Of a stretch of DNA of 32,000 nucleotides, positions 14,818 through 24,773 are shown piece by piece (position 1 is the first letter of the stretch; every line of letters begins with the position of its first letter). The position numbers and the translations under genes are program-made. The stretch covers positions 810,001-842,000 of the forward strand of contig JANQNC010000001.1 in the NCBI GenBank assembly GCA_028279745.1, read 5' to 3'. This DNA is from Candidatus Nanoarchaeia archaeon. Lineage in GTDB: Archaea > Nanobdellota > Nanobdellia > Woesearchaeales > JANQNC01. The notes beneath the pieces were generated by a model, which was not told where the DNA came from, did no database searches, and worked only from the letters and a program-made list of their open reading frames with translations.

Positions 14818-15711
14818 ATGACTGAACAACAGAAAAAAGAAGAGAAACCAAAGAAGAAAATAAAACTATACAAAAAACTTCTAATCATACCACTTCTATT
14901 ACTAATACTATCGATAGCACAGATCTCATACCAAACAGCAACAACAGGAGACTTCGTAAAAAAAGACTACTCACTAACTGGGGGAGTAGAGGTAAGCGCA
15001 CAAACAACACAAGAGATTGACACTGTAATATTACAAGAACAATTACAACAACAATTCCCCACTATAAGTGAAGTTAGACTATTAACAAGAGCAGGAACAA
15101 CTACAGGCATTGCTGTAACAGACACAAACTTAGAAAATGCACAAGAGATAAAAAAATCATTACAACAAGAACTAACAGTATCATCAGATGAAATAAGCAT
15201 AAAAGCAGTAGGGCCAACATTAGCAACAACATTCTTCAAACAAACAGTAAGAGCAATATTAATTGCATTCTTATTCATGGGATTTGTAGTATTCCTATAT
15301 TTCAGAATACCAATACCATCAATGGCTGTGATCTTAGCAGCATTCTCAGATATAATAATAACACTAGCAATATTCAACACACTAGGGTTTGAGCTATCAA
15401 CTGCAGGCATAGCCGCATTCCTAATGCTAATAGGTTATTCAGTAGACACAGATATCTTGTTGAGTACAAGACTATTAAAGAGAAGAGAAGGAACAATAAA
15501 AGAAAGACTAAGAAATGCAATGAGAACAGGAATCCTAATGAATATAACAACACTAACAGCAATAACAGTAGCACTAATAGTATCACAATCACCAATAATA
15601 AAACAAATCATGACCATACTTATGATCGGGCTTTTAGTAGACATGGTAAACACATGGATACAGAATGCTGGAATCCTAAGATGGTACATGGAGAAGAAGC
15701 ACAATGGGTAA
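14818..15711 (+). CDS. secF: protein-export membrane protein SecF
   Basis: N-terminal TM, then a periplasmic domain and a 5-TM bundle (VGPTLATTFFKQ..., SDIIITLAIF, LIGYSVDTDILL). Overlaps secD by 8 nt, in the archaeal secF-secD order. Confidence 0.85.
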   Translation: MTEQQKKEEKPKKKIKLYKKLLIIPLLLLILSIAQISYQTATTGDFVKKDYSLTGGVEVSAQTTQEIDTVILQEQLQQQFPTISEVRLLTRAGTTTGIAVTDTNLENAQEIKKSLQQELTVSSDEISIKAVGPTLATTFFKQTVRAILIAFLFMGFVVFLYFRIPIPSMAVILAAFSDIIITLAIFNTLGFELSTAGIAAFLMLIGYSVDTDILLSTRLLKRREGTIKERLRNAMRTGILMNITTLTAITVALIVSQSPIIKQIMTILMIGLLVDMVNTWIQNAGILRWYMEKKHNG

Positions 15712-17383
15712 GCTAAAGAAAGTATTCACAAACTGGCGAATCATTATGTTGATAATCCTGCTAGTCTTATCACTATGGGCAATCAATCCACAAGTAGGAA
15801 GAGAAGGTGCAGCAATAAGGGCAGTAGAAAAAAACAGCCCAGGGGAATTAAGCGGGATATCAAATCCATTACCAAATGCACCACCAATGACAAGAGAAGT
15901 CATAATATCGTTAAACAATGAACCAATCAAAAATGAAAAAGAGTATTATGAATATCTGAGTCAGTTAACACCAAACGTAACACTACAAATAAAGACAAAC
16001 AAAGATATCTACAGGTTAACAGTAGGAGAAAAGATAAATAGAACAAGAACTGGCAACCTGATTAATGAGACCACTTTTGATAACGAAACAAACACAACAA
16101 AAACAATACAAGTACCAGAGTATTCTGAAGTAAGCACCGGACAACCGTGGGTTGGGTTAAGAGTATATGACGCGCCAACGACAAACATCAAAAAAGGATT
16201 AGACTTACAAGGTGGAACATCAGTGATGTTAGCACCAGAAGAACCAGTTTCTGATGAAACATTGCAGTTAGCAATAGACAACCTAAAAGAAAGACTAAAC
16301 ATCTATGGATTAAGTGACACAACAGTAAGAGAAGCTTCTGATTTAGAAGATAACAAGTACATCAAGATAGAAATAGCGGGAGCAACAGAAGAAGAAGTAA
16401 CAAAGCTATTAGGAAGCCAAGGAAAATTCGAATCAAGGATAGGAGATGATGTAATATTCACAGGCGGTGAAGATGTTAAATTTGTATGTAGAAGCCCAGA
16501 ATGTTCAGGGCCAGACCCAAGAACGCCCTGCGGAAAATCAGGAGAAGGATATGCTTGTCAGTATTATTTCCAAATATCTGTAAGTCAAGATGCAGCAAAA
16601 AGACAAGCAGCAAAAACAGCACAGCTAGATGTGGTGCCAGGACAACAAGGCGGGTACTTGAATGAAAGCATAGATCTATACCTAGATGATGAATTTGTGG
16701 AGACACTAAAGATAAGCCCAGACCTAAAAGGAAAAGAAGCAACAGACATTATAATCACACTTGGTGGTGCAGGAGCAACAAAACAAGAAGCGGCACTAGC
16801 AGCATCCCAAGAAATGAAAAGAATACAAACAATAATCCAAACAGGATCATTACCAGTAAAATTAAAGATAGTACAAACGAACCAGATCTCACCATTATTA
16901 GGACAAAATTTCTTGAAAAACGCAATATTGTTAGGAATAATAGCACTACTGGCAGTAAGCGTAGTAATATTCATCAGATACAGAAAATGGCAGATCTCAA
17001 TACCTATGATGGTGACGATGCTATCAGAAGTAACACTACTATTGGGGATAGCAGCAATCGTACCCGGATGGACAATAGACCTAGCAGCAATAGCAGGAAT
17101 AATAATCGTAGTGGGGACCGGAGTGGATTCACAAATCGTAATAGCAGATGAAATAACACGAGGAGAAAGAGAAAGAATACACGGAATAAAAGAGATGATC
17201 AAAAGAGCATTCTTCATAATCATGGCATCCTACTTCACAACAATCGTAGCAATGATACCCCTATTCTTCGCAGGAGCAGGACTGTTGAAAGGATTTGCAG
17301 TAACAACAATCATAGGAATATCATTCGGAACATTCATTACAAGACCTGCATACGCTAAAGCAGTAGAAATACTGATGAAATAA
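15704..17383 (+). CDS. secD: protein-export membrane protein SecD
   Basis: GLDLQGGTSVML signature and a large extracytoplasmic domain. The C-terminal TM bundle contains GTGVDSQIVIADE. Confidence 0.85.
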   Translation: MGKLKKVFTNWRIIMLIILLVLSLWAINPQVGREGAAIRAVEKNSPGELSGISNPLPNAPPMTREVIISLNNEPIKNEKEYYEYLSQLTPNVTLQIKTNKDIYRLTVGEKINRTRTGNLINETTFDNETNTTKTIQVPEYSEVSTGQPWVGLRVYDAPTTNIKKGLDLQGGTSVMLAPEEPVSDETLQLAIDNLKERLNIYGLSDTTVREASDLEDNKYIKIEIAGATEEEVTKLLGSQGKFESRIGDDVIFTGGEDVKFVCRSPECSGPDPRTPCGKSGEGYACQYYFQISVSQDAAKRQAAKTAQLDVVPGQQGGYLNESIDLYLDDEFVETLKISPDLKGKEATDIIITLGGAGATKQEAALAASQEMKRIQTIIQTGSLPVKLKIVQTNQISPLLGQNFLKNAILLGIIALLAVSVVIFIRYRKWQISIPMMVTMLSEVTLLLGIAAIVPGWTIDLAAIAGIIIVVGTGVDSQIVIADEITRGERERIHGIKEMIKRAFFIIMASYFTTIVAMIPLFFAGAGLLKGFAVTTIIGISFGTFITRPAYAKAVEILMK

Positions 17384-17385
17384 TA

Positions 17386-17844
17386 CTATCTAGGAAAATA
17401 ATTTCCTCTTTTAACAACATTTTTTTCATACTTCTTAGACTCAAATGCTTTTACCAAGAAGTTAGTTGCAAAATCATAATCAAAAGGTTTACAGCTAAAA
17501 AGATCTACAAAAGCATAACACTTCTCCTGAAAAGTATGAACTGAGATATGACTTTCAGCAATAAGAACCATACCAGTAATCCCTTTATCTTCAGAAACTT
17601 TGCCAGAGTAATTAAAGACGTAAGGTTGAGTAATCTTAGTCATGCCGATCATTTTAGGTAAAATATTCAAAAGATTGGAAACAAAATCTAAATCGCTCAA
17701 CTTTCTATAGTTGCATTGAGATAAATCAAGAGTCAGATGAGGTCCAAAATAAGAACAAGTGTTAGTTTTAGATTCAAGACGTTCTTTTGCATTTATCAAT
17801 TCAGAAATATTTACAGAATTAGCGTATTTAAAAGTTTCTAACAT
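17386..17844 (-). CDS. speH: S-adenosylmethionine decarboxylase proenzyme (SpeH-type, pyruvoyl)
   Basis: Self-cleavage and active-site motif AESHISVHTFQE, followed by VDLFSCKPFD. Start placed at the first ATG (17844); the track start at 17868 is a TTG. Confidence 0.8.
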   Translation of the reverse strand: MLETFKYANSVNISELINAKERLESKTNTCSYFGPHLTLDLSQCNYRKLSDLDFVSNLLNILPKMIGMTKITQPYVFNYSGKVSEDKGITGMVLIAESHISVHTFQEKCYAFVDLFSCKPFDYDFATNFLVKAFESKKYEKNVVKRGNYFPR

Positions 17845-18032
17845 CAAAGCAAATAAGAAAAAGAGCAAAAGTTCAGCCGAAAAGCCGAACCGATGCCCCT
17901 CATCATCTATCGAATAATAGTGAAATGCATATCGTATATAAAAATAACTATTGATTTAAAAGTGACTTACAAGGATTATGTTACAATTCTAAGAAATATT
18001 TATAAACTGTCTTCAATCCTTTAAATCCAACT

Positions 18033-18944
18033 ATGTTAATGTACAAGAACGTATTGGGGGTATGGATATTTGACGAAAATATGAAATTAGTCGACAAACT
18101 ACTCTTTAAACCAGAAGAAGCAAAAGAAAAGTTAGAGACAGATGTAGAAAAAGAATTAGTAGAAAAGCATAAAGCAAAAACAAAATTAAACAAAGAAGAG
18201 CTACAGAAAATTTTAACTTATTTTGAAGAGAACAATCTGAAAGACTTTTACCTGCCAAACCTTTACATAACTAAACGAGGAGTAAAAGAATCAGTAACTG
18301 AAGATAATTTCATAATCCAAACAATAAATCACATAGAAGAATTGAATAAAGTGATTAACATGCTTTCTAAACGATTAAGGGAGTGGTATGAACTCTATAA
18401 TCCCGAATTTTCCAACTCAGTTGAGAACCATGTGGCTTTGGCAAAAACAATAACAACTGAAAATCCAAAAAAAGAAAAGATGAGTATGGGTGCAGATCTG
18501 AAAGAAGAAGATCTAGAACCGATAAAAAGGATAGCGTTGAAAATAATTTCAGTTGATGAGTTGCGAGAAGAGCAAATAGGTTATTTGGAGAATGTCATGA
18601 AAGGATACTGTCCTAATGTTCAGACTGTGGCAGGAACACTAATCGGTGGAAAACTGGTCAGCATAGCAGGAAGTCTTGAAAAGTTAACAAACTTCCCAGC
18701 ATCAACAGTACAACTGCTGGGAGCAGAGAAAGCATTATTTAGACACATGAAAACAGGGGCGCGACCACCAAAATTCGGAGTGATAATGAACCACCATCTT
18801 GTAAACGCAGTTAAAGGAAAAGAGAAAGGAAAAGTGGCAAGAGTTTTAGCAAACAAAATCTTATTGGCAGCAAAAGTAGACAGATTCAAAGGAGAATTCA
18901 TAGGAGATGAGTTATTGAAATCAGTAGAAAAAAGAGGAAAGTAA
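18033..18944 (+). CDS. nop5: C/D box sRNP protein Nop5 (Nop56/58 homologue)
   Basis: Nop domain LLGAEKALFRHMKTGARPPKFGVIMNHHLV, with a coiled-coil middle region. TATA ATATTTATAAAC lies about 28 nt upstream. Confidence 0.9.
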   Translation: MLMYKNVLGVWIFDENMKLVDKLLFKPEEAKEKLETDVEKELVEKHKAKTKLNKEELQKILTYFEENNLKDFYLPNLYITKRGVKESVTEDNFIIQTINHIEELNKVINMLSKRLREWYELYNPEFSNSVENHVALAKTITTENPKKEKMSMGADLKEEDLEPIKRIALKIISVDELREEQIGYLENVMKGYCPNVQTVAGTLIGGKLVSIAGSLEKLTNFPASTVQLLGAEKALFRHMKTGARPPKFGVIMNHHLVNAVKGKEKGKVARVLANKILLAAKVDRFKGEFIGDELLKSVEKRGK

Positions 18945-18946
18945 AA

Positions 18947-19642
18947 ATGAAATATAAAATAACTGGAACTGTAATGCAAACACTGAACGTCGAGTTAAAA
19001 AAAGGCGAATCACTATATTCTGAAGCAGGAGGGATGTCTTGGATGTCTGACAATATACTAATGAAAACAAGGATGAAAGGCGGACTGTGGAAAGGAGTAA
19101 AAAGAAGATTTGCAGGAGAATCAATGTTCATGACTGATTTCATATGTGAAGCAGGAACTGGAACAATAACATTTGCATCAGAATTCCCAGGAAAAATAAT
19201 AGAGTTAGACATGACAAAAGTAAAAGAGATCATATGCCAGAAAGATGCATTCATGTGTGCAGAACAAACAGTAAAATTAGACCTGGTATTTAGAAAAAGA
19301 TTGGGTGCAGGATTATTTGGTGGTGAAGGATTCATATTACAAAAATTGTCAGGCAAAGGAAAAGCATTCGTAGAAATATCAGGCGAAGTCGTTGAGTACA
19401 CACTAAAAAAAGGACAATCAATCAAAGTAGACACGGGCCATATAGCAATGTATGAACCAAAGGTGGATTATGACATACAATTCATAAGAGGAGCAGGAAA
19501 CATAATCTTCGGAGGAGAAGGATTATTTTTAGCAACACTACGAGGGCCAGGAAAAGTATGGCTGCAAAGTATGCCGTTAGGAATACTGGCAGGAAAAATA
19601 GCAGCATACATAGCACCCCCTAGAGGAGGGTTACTAGGATGA
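18947..19642 (+). CDS. AIM24/DUF124 (TIGR00266) family protein
   Basis: Family-typical strings are GESLYSEAGGMSWMS, FAGESMFMTDF, LGAGLFGGEGFILQKLSG, FGGEGLFLATLRGPGKVWLQSMP. Confidence 0.8.
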   Translation: MKYKITGTVMQTLNVELKKGESLYSEAGGMSWMSDNILMKTRMKGGLWKGVKRRFAGESMFMTDFICEAGTGTITFASEFPGKIIELDMTKVKEIICQKDAFMCAEQTVKLDLVFRKRLGAGLFGGEGFILQKLSGKGKAFVEISGEVVEYTLKKGQSIKVDTGHIAMYEPKVDYDIQFIRGAGNIIFGGEGLFLATLRGPGKVWLQSMPLGILAGKIAAYIAPPRGGLLG

Positions 19643-19803
19643 TAGATTCATTTGCACTCTGGATAAGAATATTCATATTTTTATTAGTTGTAACAGCCAT
19701 CATCTATTACATCTGGCTAAGAAAACAGATGAAAAGAAAACACAAAAAAGCAAAAGGGAAAGCAATACAATATTCCTTAACACAGATGAAAGAGATAAAA
19801 TGA
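19639..19803 (+). CDS. 54-aa single-pass membrane micro-protein (below the ORF-track cutoff)
   Basis: MIDSFALWIRIFIFLLVVTAIIYYIWLRKQMKRKHKKAKGKAIQYSLTQMKEIK. ATGA overlaps occur at both ends, with the AIM24 stop and the flpA start. GAGGAGG lies 9 nt upstream. One TM plus a basic tail. Confidence 0.55.
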   Translation: MIDSFALWIRIFIFLLVVTAIIYYIWLRKQMKRKHKKAKGKAIQYSLTQMKEIK

Positions 19804-20441
19804 AAAACTTCCTAAAAAAGAAAAACAAACTATTTACTAAGAATTTAGTAAAAGGCAAAGAGGTCTACGGAGAAAGCTTAGTTAAATTAGATGGTGTTGA
19901 GTACAGGCAGTGGGTTACAAAAAGAAGCAAGATGGCAGCTGCAATAGCAAAAGGAATGAAAACCTTTGCTCTAAGAGAAAACAGCACAGTGTTGTATTTA
20001 GGTGCATCATCAGGAACAACAATCTCACATTTTTCAGACATATGCGAAAAAGGAACATTATTTGCACTAGACTTTGCACCAAGAGTTGTTAGAGAGTTAG
20101 TTGTTTTGGCAGAGATAAGAAAAAACATAGTTCCAATACTAGGAGACGCAGCACAAGTGGATGACTTGGCCCAGAATGTGACTATGGTCGATGTTGTGTT
20201 CCAAGACATAGCACAAAAAAACCAAACAAAAATATTCTTAGATAATGTAGATATGTTTCTGAAAAAAGGAGGAATAGGATATTTAGCACTAAAAGCAAGA
20301 AGCGTAAACGTAGCAGAAAAGCCACAAAAGATATTTAACAGAGTAAGAGAAGAGCTGAAGCCTAGAGTAAAGATAATTGAACAGTTAAACTTAGATCCAA
20401 TTGAAAAGGATCATTGTATGTTCGTGGTAGAGAAAAAATGA
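19800..20441 (+). CDS. flpA: fibrillarin-like rRNA/tRNA 2'-O-methyltransferase
   Basis: VYGE..V...G.EYRQW, SK.AAAI.KG and the SAM motif VLYLGASSGTTISHFSD, followed by ALDFAPR. Confidence 0.9.
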   Translation: MKNFLKKKNKLFTKNLVKGKEVYGESLVKLDGVEYRQWVTKRSKMAAAIAKGMKTFALRENSTVLYLGASSGTTISHFSDICEKGTLFALDFAPRVVRELVVLAEIRKNIVPILGDAAQVDDLAQNVTMVDVVFQDIAQKNQTKIFLDNVDMFLKKGGIGYLALKARSVNVAEKPQKIFNRVREELKPRVKIIEQLNLDPIEKDHCMFVVEKK

Positions 20442-21838
20442 GTTTGAAGATATTTAACACAATAACAAGAGAAAAAGAAGAATTCAAACCAATAGAAGAA
20501 GGAAAAGTAGGAATGTATACTTGCGGGCCTACAGTCTATAATTATGCACACATCGGGAACTTCAGAGCATACATGTTTGAAGATCTGTTAAGACGGTATT
20601 TGAAGTATAAAGGATTTCAAGTAAAACAGATAATGAATATAACAGACATAGATGATAAAACAATCAGAGATAGCCAAAAAGAAGGATTAAGCTTAAATGT
20701 TTTCACAAAAAAATATGAAGATGCATTCTTTGAAGATTTGAAAACATTAAACATAGAGAGTGCAGAAGAATATCCTGCAGCAACATCCCATATACCTGAA
20801 ATGATAGACATAGTTCAAGCTTTGTTAGAAAAAGGGATCGCGTATAAAGGAGATGATGGATCAATCTATTTTAGTATCAGCAAGTTTTCAGATTATGGGA
20901 AATTAGCACACATAAAAGTAGATGAGTTACAAGCGGGAGCAAGAGTAAACCAAGATGAGTACGAAAAAGACTCAGCATCAGACTTTGCACTATGGAAAAA
21001 ATGGGACGAAGATGATGGAGATGTCAAATGGGACAGTCCATTTGGAGAAGGAAGACCAGGATGGCACATAGAATGCTCAGCAATGTCAATGAAATACTTA
21101 GGAACAACATTTGATATACACACGGGTGGAGTAGATAACTTATTCCCACACCACGAAAATGAGATAGCACAATCAGAAGCAGCAACAGGAAAAAAGTTTG
21201 TCAATTACTGGATGCACTGCGAACACTTACTTGTAGAAGGGAAAAAAATGAGTAAGAGCGCAGGTAACTTTTTTACTTTACGAGACTTGCTAGATAAAGG
21301 ATTAAAACCAAAAGCGATAAGATATGTTTTATTGGGGGCACATTACAGACAACAACTAAATTTTACAATTGAATCAGTAGAAGCTGCAGAGGGAATTGTT
21401 CAGAAATTTATTGATTTCCTGCAGAAGATTGATGAGGTTGAAGGCAGTGAGGATAGCGTTGAGTTAAAGAAGATCATTGAAGAAGCATCACAAGGATTTG
21501 AGATGGCAATGGATGATGACTTAAACATAAGCAAAGCGTTAGGTCATATATTTGATTTCATGGGCGAAGTGAACAAGCTGATGGGTGAAAATAAATTAAG
21601 TTCTGGCGATGCACAAAAAGTGAAAGATACAATGTTATCATTCGATGCAGTTCTTGGAGTGATGGAAACAGAAAAAGAAGAAATAGGCTCTGAGGTAGAC
21701 GAGAAAATAAAACAAAGAGAAGAAGCAAGAAAAAATAAAGATTTCGAAACTGCAGATAAAATAAGAGATGAACTAAAAGAAAAAGGCATAATCCTTGAGG
21801 ATACTCCAAAAGGAATAAGATGGAAAAAAATAAATTAA
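20438..21838 (+). CDS. cysS: cysteine--tRNA ligase
   Basis: Start at MSLKIFNT (ATG 20438, ATGA overlap with the flpA stop). MYTCGPTVYNYAHIGN (HIGH), WHIECS zinc site and KMSKS. Confidence 0.9.
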   Translation: MSLKIFNTITREKEEFKPIEEGKVGMYTCGPTVYNYAHIGNFRAYMFEDLLRRYLKYKGFQVKQIMNITDIDDKTIRDSQKEGLSLNVFTKKYEDAFFEDLKTLNIESAEEYPAATSHIPEMIDIVQALLEKGIAYKGDDGSIYFSISKFSDYGKLAHIKVDELQAGARVNQDEYEKDSASDFALWKKWDEDDGDVKWDSPFGEGRPGWHIECSAMSMKYLGTTFDIHTGGVDNLFPHHENEIAQSEAATGKKFVNYWMHCEHLLVEGKKMSKSAGNFFTLRDLLDKGLKPKAIRYVLLGAHYRQQLNFTIESVEAAEGIVQKFIDFLQKIDEVEGSEDSVELKKIIEEASQGFEMAMDDDLNISKALGHIFDFMGEVNKLMGENKLSSGDAQKVKDTMLSFDAVLGVMETEKEEIGSEVDEKIKQREEARKNKDFETADKIRDELKEKGIILEDTPKGIRWKKIN

Positions 21839-21844
21839 AAAATT

Positions 21845-22192
21845 CTATTTGATTGCGTTAGCAAGTTGTTTTTTTACTGCTTTTGAATTTGTGTTGTTAA
21901 GCCTGTCGTAAAGGTTACTCTTAGGGCTTGGTGGAAAACTTACATAAGTCGCACCATTCTTTTCAACACACTTAAGATGTTGTCTTTTAACTTCCTGAGT
22001 GAAAGCAGAGTGTTGATTTTGGTTCATTAAGCTAACCAATCCATTTCTTATGCTGCTTTCATTACCTAGAGTATTTCCAATGTCTCCTTGTACTGCTGGT
22101 AAGAAATAGTCTGTAAACTCAGTTGCGTTAAACATATATCTTCTTTTTTGTTTTTTGTTTTTCTTGTAACATACTTCTATCTCATTCCTCAT
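21845..22192 (-). CDS. hypothetical 115-aa basic protein
   Basis: Start set at MRNEIEV (ATG 22192). GAGGGGG lies 8 nt upstream, and the minus-strand TATA (GGTTTTATATAT, about 22241-22252) would place the transcription start downstream of the track start at 22222. No motif recognised. Confidence 0.45.
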   Translation of the reverse strand: MRNEIEVCYKKNKKQKRRYMFNATEFTDYFLPAVQGDIGNTLGNESSIRNGLVSLMNQNQHSAFTQEVKRQHLKCVEKNGATYVSFPPSPKSNLYDRLNNTNSKAVKKQLANAIK

Positions 22193-22258
22193 GTTTTTAT
22201 CCCCCTCATAACATAAAATCATACCTAAAGGGAAGAACTGATATATAAAACCCTACTT

Positions 22259-24688
22259 TTATTTTAAAATACCAACAGAAACATCAAAGTTTTCACACTT
22301 TAAGTCAGCATTGTCATTGAATTCAACAGATTCTGCTTTGGTGACTGGCTTAAGATCTTCAACAACTTTCTCAAGAAGTTCTTTATGCTTATCTTCTTTA
22401 CAACTTATTGTAAGTTTGCTTAAAGGCTCTTTTAATGAAATGTTATTTTCAGATTTGTACTTTCTAACTATTGTTAAAACATCAACCAATAAGTCACCCG
22501 CTAACTCATTATCTTCGCTTATAGCTTTTTCATCACATTCAGGCCAACTGCTTATATGGATAGATTTTTTATCTTCTTTTTCTGAGAAATATAATTGATA
22601 AACAGCTTCAGTAATGTGAGGCATAATAGGTGCCATAAGTTTTAGAACTGAAAGAATTGATTGGTATAGGGCAAACTGAGCAGATAATCTTGAATCATCA
22701 CCATAAACTTCAGGTTTATACAACCTATCTTTAGCAATCTCTAGATAATTATCACATAAAATGTGCCAGAAGAACTTTTCAGTTTCAGCTCGGGTCTTTG
22801 AATATTCATATTTCATAAAACTATCAGTAGCATTCTTAATCAGTTTGTTAAGTTTTGATAACAACCATTTGTCCACAATATTTTCCTCTTTAGATTCGTT
22901 TAGCTTGTAATCTTCCAGATGCATTATCGCGAACTTAGAAGCATTCCACAACTTAGTAACCATCTTTTGACCAGTAATCAGATCTTTTTCATAATAGTTC
23001 AAATCTTCACCAAGCTTAGAACCTGCAGCCCAAAACCTCAAAGCATCTGAACCATAACTATCAATAACTTTTCTAGGATCAACAACATTGCCTTTAGATT
23101 TAGACATCTTCTCACCCTTAGGATCAGCAACATTACCTGAAATCATAATATCTGTCCAAGGGATCTCATCATTGTGGTAAATTCCTTTAACGATCGTGTA
23201 GAAAGCCCAAGTTCTAATTATGTCGTGAGCTTGAGGCCTTAAAGTATTAGGATAAGCATCTTTGAAATCAAGGTTGTACTCTTTGTCATCAATCCAGTTA
23301 GAAATAATCTGAGGAGTCAAAGAAGAGGTAGCCCAAGTATCCATAACATCTTTTTCTGGAGTTAAATCTTCTTTATTGTAACCTTCTGGAACGTCTGAAA
23401 GAGGGTCAACAGGAAGTTCATCTTCTTTAGGAAGAACAACATTACCTTCTTTATCATACCAAACAGGGAAAGGAACACCAAAATGTCTCTGTCTAGAGAT
23501 ACACCAATCCCAATTTAAGTTTTCAACCCAGTTATCATACCTCGCTTTCATACTTTTAGGATACCAAGTAATCTTATTTCCAGCTTCTAAGAACTTGTTT
23601 TTGTTTTCTAAAACCTTAACAAACCACTGTTCTGTCGCTAAAAATTCAATCTCAGTTCCACACTTATCGTGAACGTTAACATTGTGAGAAATATCTTTCT
23701 TTTCAGTCAATAGTCCTTTGTTCTCTAATTCTTCAAGAATAGCTTTTCTAGCATCTTTAAGCTTCATACCCTCAAACTTTTTAGCAAGATCATTCATCTT
23801 GCCGTCTTTTGTCAGTGTGATTCTTGGAGTAAGCTTTTTTCTGTTGATAGCATCAACGTCAAACCTATCCCCGTAAGAACAGATCATCAAAATACCAGAA
23901 CCTTTCTCAGGATCAGCAGACTCATCTGCAAAAATCTCAACTTCCTGCTCAAACAAAGGAACAATGGCTTTCTTACCAACTAAATCTTTGTACCTATCAT
24001 CGTCAGGATGAACAAAAATACAAACACAAGCGGGCAAAAGCTCAGGTCTTGTAGTTGCAATAGTGATATCTTTCCCTTCAGTAGTTTTGAAAGTGATATC
24101 TGAAAAGTTAGAACTCAGATCTTTATCTTCTAGTTCAGCTTGAGCAATAGCTGTTTGGCAGTTAACACACCACATACTTGGAGCGGCCTGCCTGTGAACT
24201 AACTCTTTATTATGAAGATCTATAAATGACTTTTGAGAAGTCTTAACACAATGAGGGTCTATGGTGGAGTAAGGGGTGCTAAAATCACAACTCATACCAA
24301 TCCGGATCCAGTCAGAAACAAAATCAGGCTTAATCTCCTTAATAGTTTCTCTGCATAACTTAACAAAATCGGGACGTTCCATCCTAGTAGATTTAACTTT
24401 CTTAAGTTTTTCAACTAGTCTTTCTGTAGGCAACCCATTGTCATCAGTACCAAAAGGATAGTATACATTGAACCCTTTCATCCTTCTGAACCTTGCAACA
24501 AAGTCCTGTTGAGTGTAAGAGAAAGCGTGACCGATATGCATATTACCAGAAACAGTCGGGGGAGGAGTATCTATGATAAACTTCTCACCTTCATATTTAG
24601 GGTCAAACTTAAAAAAAGATTCCTTCTGCCAAAACTCTTCCCACTTAGGCTCTTCCTCTTGAGGATTGTATTTTTTAGGTAAATCCAT
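22259..24688 (-). CDS. valS: valine--tRNA ligase (archaeal type)
   Basis: Class Ia pattern: PPPTVSGNMHIGHAFSYTQQDFVARFRRMKG, GTDDNGLPTE, WCISRQRHFGVPFPVWY, DTWATSS and KMSKSKGN. The 809-aa size fits archaeal ValRS rather than LeuRS or IleRS. Confidence 0.8.
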   Translation of the reverse strand: MDLPKKYNPQEEEPKWEEFWQKESFFKFDPKYEGEKFIIDTPPPTVSGNMHIGHAFSYTQQDFVARFRRMKGFNVYYPFGTDDNGLPTERLVEKLKKVKSTRMERPDFVKLCRETIKEIKPDFVSDWIRIGMSCDFSTPYSTIDPHCVKTSQKSFIDLHNKELVHRQAAPSMWCVNCQTAIAQAELEDKDLSSNFSDITFKTTEGKDITIATTRPELLPACVCIFVHPDDDRYKDLVGKKAIVPLFEQEVEIFADESADPEKGSGILMICSYGDRFDVDAINRKKLTPRITLTKDGKMNDLAKKFEGMKLKDARKAILEELENKGLLTEKKDISHNVNVHDKCGTEIEFLATEQWFVKVLENKNKFLEAGNKITWYPKSMKARYDNWVENLNWDWCISRQRHFGVPFPVWYDKEGNVVLPKEDELPVDPLSDVPEGYNKEDLTPEKDVMDTWATSSLTPQIISNWIDDKEYNLDFKDAYPNTLRPQAHDIIRTWAFYTIVKGIYHNDEIPWTDIMISGNVADPKGEKMSKSKGNVVDPRKVIDSYGSDALRFWAAGSKLGEDLNYYEKDLITGQKMVTKLWNASKFAIMHLEDYKLNESKEENIVDKWLLSKLNKLIKNATDSFMKYEYSKTRAETEKFFWHILCDNYLEIAKDRLYKPEVYGDDSRLSAQFALYQSILSVLKLMAPIMPHITEAVYQLYFSEKEDKKSIHISSWPECDEKAISEDNELAGDLLVDVLTIVRKYKSENNISLKEPLSKLTISCKEDKHKELLEKVVEDLKPVTKAESVEFNDNADLKCENFDVSVGILK

Positions 24689-24773
24689 AATATTTGAGTT
24701 GTTAGTTTATTATTTAAAAGGTTTGCTGTTAGAGTATAAACGTTTAAATAAAAGCTCAAGTTAGGAGTAAAAT

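Noticed and set aside
17870-17915. A C/D box sRNA: GAUGAUGA ... CUGA on the minus strand upstream of speH. A weaker UGAUGUGA...CUGA occurs at about 10772-10823 on the plus strand.
   Set aside because: Box spacing is wrong (23 nt with no internal D'/C' pair). No terminal stem or K-turn context is present. Matches to 4-7 nt boxes are expected by chance.
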